Assembly (NCBI GenBank): GCA_051294905.1
Contig: CM119384.1
Span: 15,810,001-15,874,000, forward strand
Direction of reading: 5' to 3'
Origin: Botryllus schlosseri
Lineage: Eukaryota
Length of the DNA stretch: 64,000 nt
In this document: positions 61,695 to 64,000 of the stretch, piece by piece
Position numbering within the stretch: position 1 is the first letter of the stretch
Layout: every line of letters starts with the position of its first letter
The notes under the pieces: generated by a model
What the model saw: the letters and a program-made list of their open reading frames with translations, nothing else
Databases searched by the model: none
Told to the model about the DNA's origin: nothing
Made by a program: the position numbers and the translations under genes

Positions 61695-64000
61695 GTCATC
61701 ACATAAGTTTCTGTTGGCGAGCTAGGAAACGAATTTTACTAAACGGCAAAACTAGGCTCAATATGCCTCATTGTAACGCGGTGTCGATCTTCTTTTGCCT
61801 ATGATAGTAAATATTCGCATTATCATTGTTCGGCCTCTGTGTTTACTCCAAATGGACTGACGGTATATTGTGCGGATGCCAAGTTACACAAAGGCAATAG
61901 GAAAAAAGTGAAGTATCCTATCCAAATCAAGATGAAGAACATGCCGTACTCGCATTTATCGCACATGAACACTGAACAGTGAACAGTGAACACCCGAACA
62001 GCCAATGTATTCACGGTCCTGGCAAATTAACCGCTTTCTCGTGTATTCAAATAAAACCAGACACGTTGTGGCCTATTTGTCATATGAATTTGTGTGTCCC
62101 GAGAAATGCATTATTCGTCTTAACAATTAACATGACCCAGTGTTTGTAGGCAGTGTTAGGATGAGGTCACTATCCTCGAGTCATAAGTCCCTTCGAGACT
62201 TGAGTATAGCCAATTGAAGTCACTTGAAAAAATATCAAGTCAGCAAATATCTATAGGCTAATACTACTTCTCTGTTATTTCTCTGCTCAAAAATCTCAAC
62301 TATAAAGTTTCCATCTCGCAAGTGACTGGTTGTTGCTTTAGGGGTAGACATTATTATGGTGTTCACAATAACAATACCCATGACACCAAGTACCAAATGC
62401 AGATGACGTGACGTAGACAAGGGTTTGACTGCTGATATATTTGACGGCAGCCAATAGTCATCAGATCTTTTTAGTCCGCTATTTTCGTCGTATTTTGCGC
62501 TATATTTCTTGCTTGTAGATATATCTTACTCGTGACAGAGGGATCATTAGGTTGAGAACGGATTATCTCCATTCTACAATCTACATGTACCTATATATCT
62601 ACACCCTGCATGCATTGCGAATCTCGCACGATGTGACATAATTGATTCGATCAGGTTTAAATAATAATGGATACCTCGATCCAGCGCGCCTTGAATATCT
62701 TGCACGATGCGACGTATAATTAATAAACGATTTGGTTTGATGTAATACCTCGATTATTATAATCGATAGACGCAGCCCTACAACGCGTTAAACGTGTCAA
62801 ACGTTTTGCATGTCATTTTGAAACTACTACGTTAGGAGTGACGGATTATTGGATTTAAGTAAGCTCCAGAGAATGCTGATTGCAGGGTAAACTCGAGTCT
62901 AAATACTATCTGGGAGTACAATTGAATGTAAGTGACTTTTATTGACTGAAAAGCTGAATGAAGGCTCTATACCAGGCCACACCATCCTTATTTTTGCGTA
63001 TATAACCTACGGGGTTGGTGCGATTATGTCCACAATAATGTCAGCCGTGTTCAAAATAAGGTCAGTCTCTACCCTCCTCTATATAGCGGAGCAAGAATGT
63101 TCTAGCGTGTTACCTAATAATTACTGAATTTCGTCCAAATGAACAAGAAAATAATAGTTCAACAATGCTTCGAAATCACAAATCATTCAACTGAGTGTCG
63201 TCCTCTATATTTTTGTGTTTTGCTTGGAGTTGAATGCAACCGCATCCCTATCTCCAAAATCCATCAGTGGTTTCAACTTTTTTTGGTGTAGGATTCTAAT
63301 ATCTTCTTTCTATAACGACAATGCAGACCGGAGGTCACGACATATATAAACAACACGCAACAAAGTAATTAATATAATAATGGGTCCGCCCGAATATGTG
63401 TAATTCTATTAATGGCGTTCCCTAAATTTTCGAAGACACCAGCTCCATCGGTACATTCGATCACGTGGACTATGAGAGGATCAAAATTTGATAGTAATAT
63501 ATTCGATTATGCCAAGGTTCTTGGCGAAATTCATCCATAAATTTGAATCAATTTGAACTGTAAGATATGCGATTGATTCCCGTAGTAAGTCGATTAGCCT
63601 GTCGCCTCAAGAAGTTTGTTCAATCACCCTTGGGGGTCTGACCAAGTGCTGCTTCGGTCCTGATGCGAGGTCCTATTTTGCGGCCGGCGATTTGATTTCA
63701 GATTTCGGAGGGGTGCCTTTATTTTGTACATGCAAGCAGCAGCATTCCATCGAGGTAGAATCAGCTGAATGAATGGACAATTGGGCAATTGGGCATGCTT
63801 ATAGCCGTGACGTGCAATGACCTGCAGACACTGTCAAGACCGAGACGCTTTCAGTTAGTACAGTGTCTCGCTCGCCCCAATATCGATTCCGGAAAAGCGT
63901 TGTCATGTATGGTTCGCAGCTCACAGTTCAAATTAAATTGAACTTCATGATCAAATTGATCAATTGATCATGCATGACCTAATGACATATACTAGTAGAC

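Noticed and set aside
62235-63127. Hydrophobic short ORFs (62235-62420 minus, 62942-63127 plus) as membrane-protein exons
   Set aside because: No convincing splice sites or recognisable family, and hydrophobic ORFs arise easily in AT-rich DNA.
63630-63830. Minus-strand open frame with VIARHG as a histidine phosphatase exon
   Set aside because: It lacks the RHGxRxP consensus, and no supporting neighbouring exons were identified.

Overview
AT-rich metazoan genomic DNA; my inference is an invertebrate chordate, possibly a tunicate, but this is unconfirmed. About 50 kb (9723-59412, + strand) is one gene that I reconstructed by hand as 76 phase-consistent GT-AG coding exons, 10,980 nt in total (about 3,659 aa). 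It encodes a type II membrane-anchored GH31 alpha-glucosidase of the sucrase-isomaltase/maltase-glucoamylase (SI/MGAM) family: short cytoplasmic tail, signal anchor, Ser/Thr/Pro stalk, then FOUR tandem trefoil+GH31 modules, each with WIDMNE and HWLGDN intact. Modules 1-3 carry the signatures of the vertebrate C-terminal (CtMGAM/CtSI) unit, including the 21-aa active-site insertion, whereas module 4 is N-terminal-type. The order is therefore Ct-Ct-Ct-Nt, the reverse of vertebrate Nt-Ct. Module 2 looks like a chimera from an out-of-register duplication, and modules 2 and 3 share a near-identical tract that includes introns, suggesting gene conversion. Introns and flanks hold many hAT MITEs with 8-bp TSDs (including a nested stack), one internally deleted hAT transposase element, RTE and L2/CR1-type LINE fragments, and palindromic MITEs. 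A degenerate SAM-like spliced gene may lie head-to-head upstream. All homology calls come from motif recognition and recalled reference sequences, not database searches.
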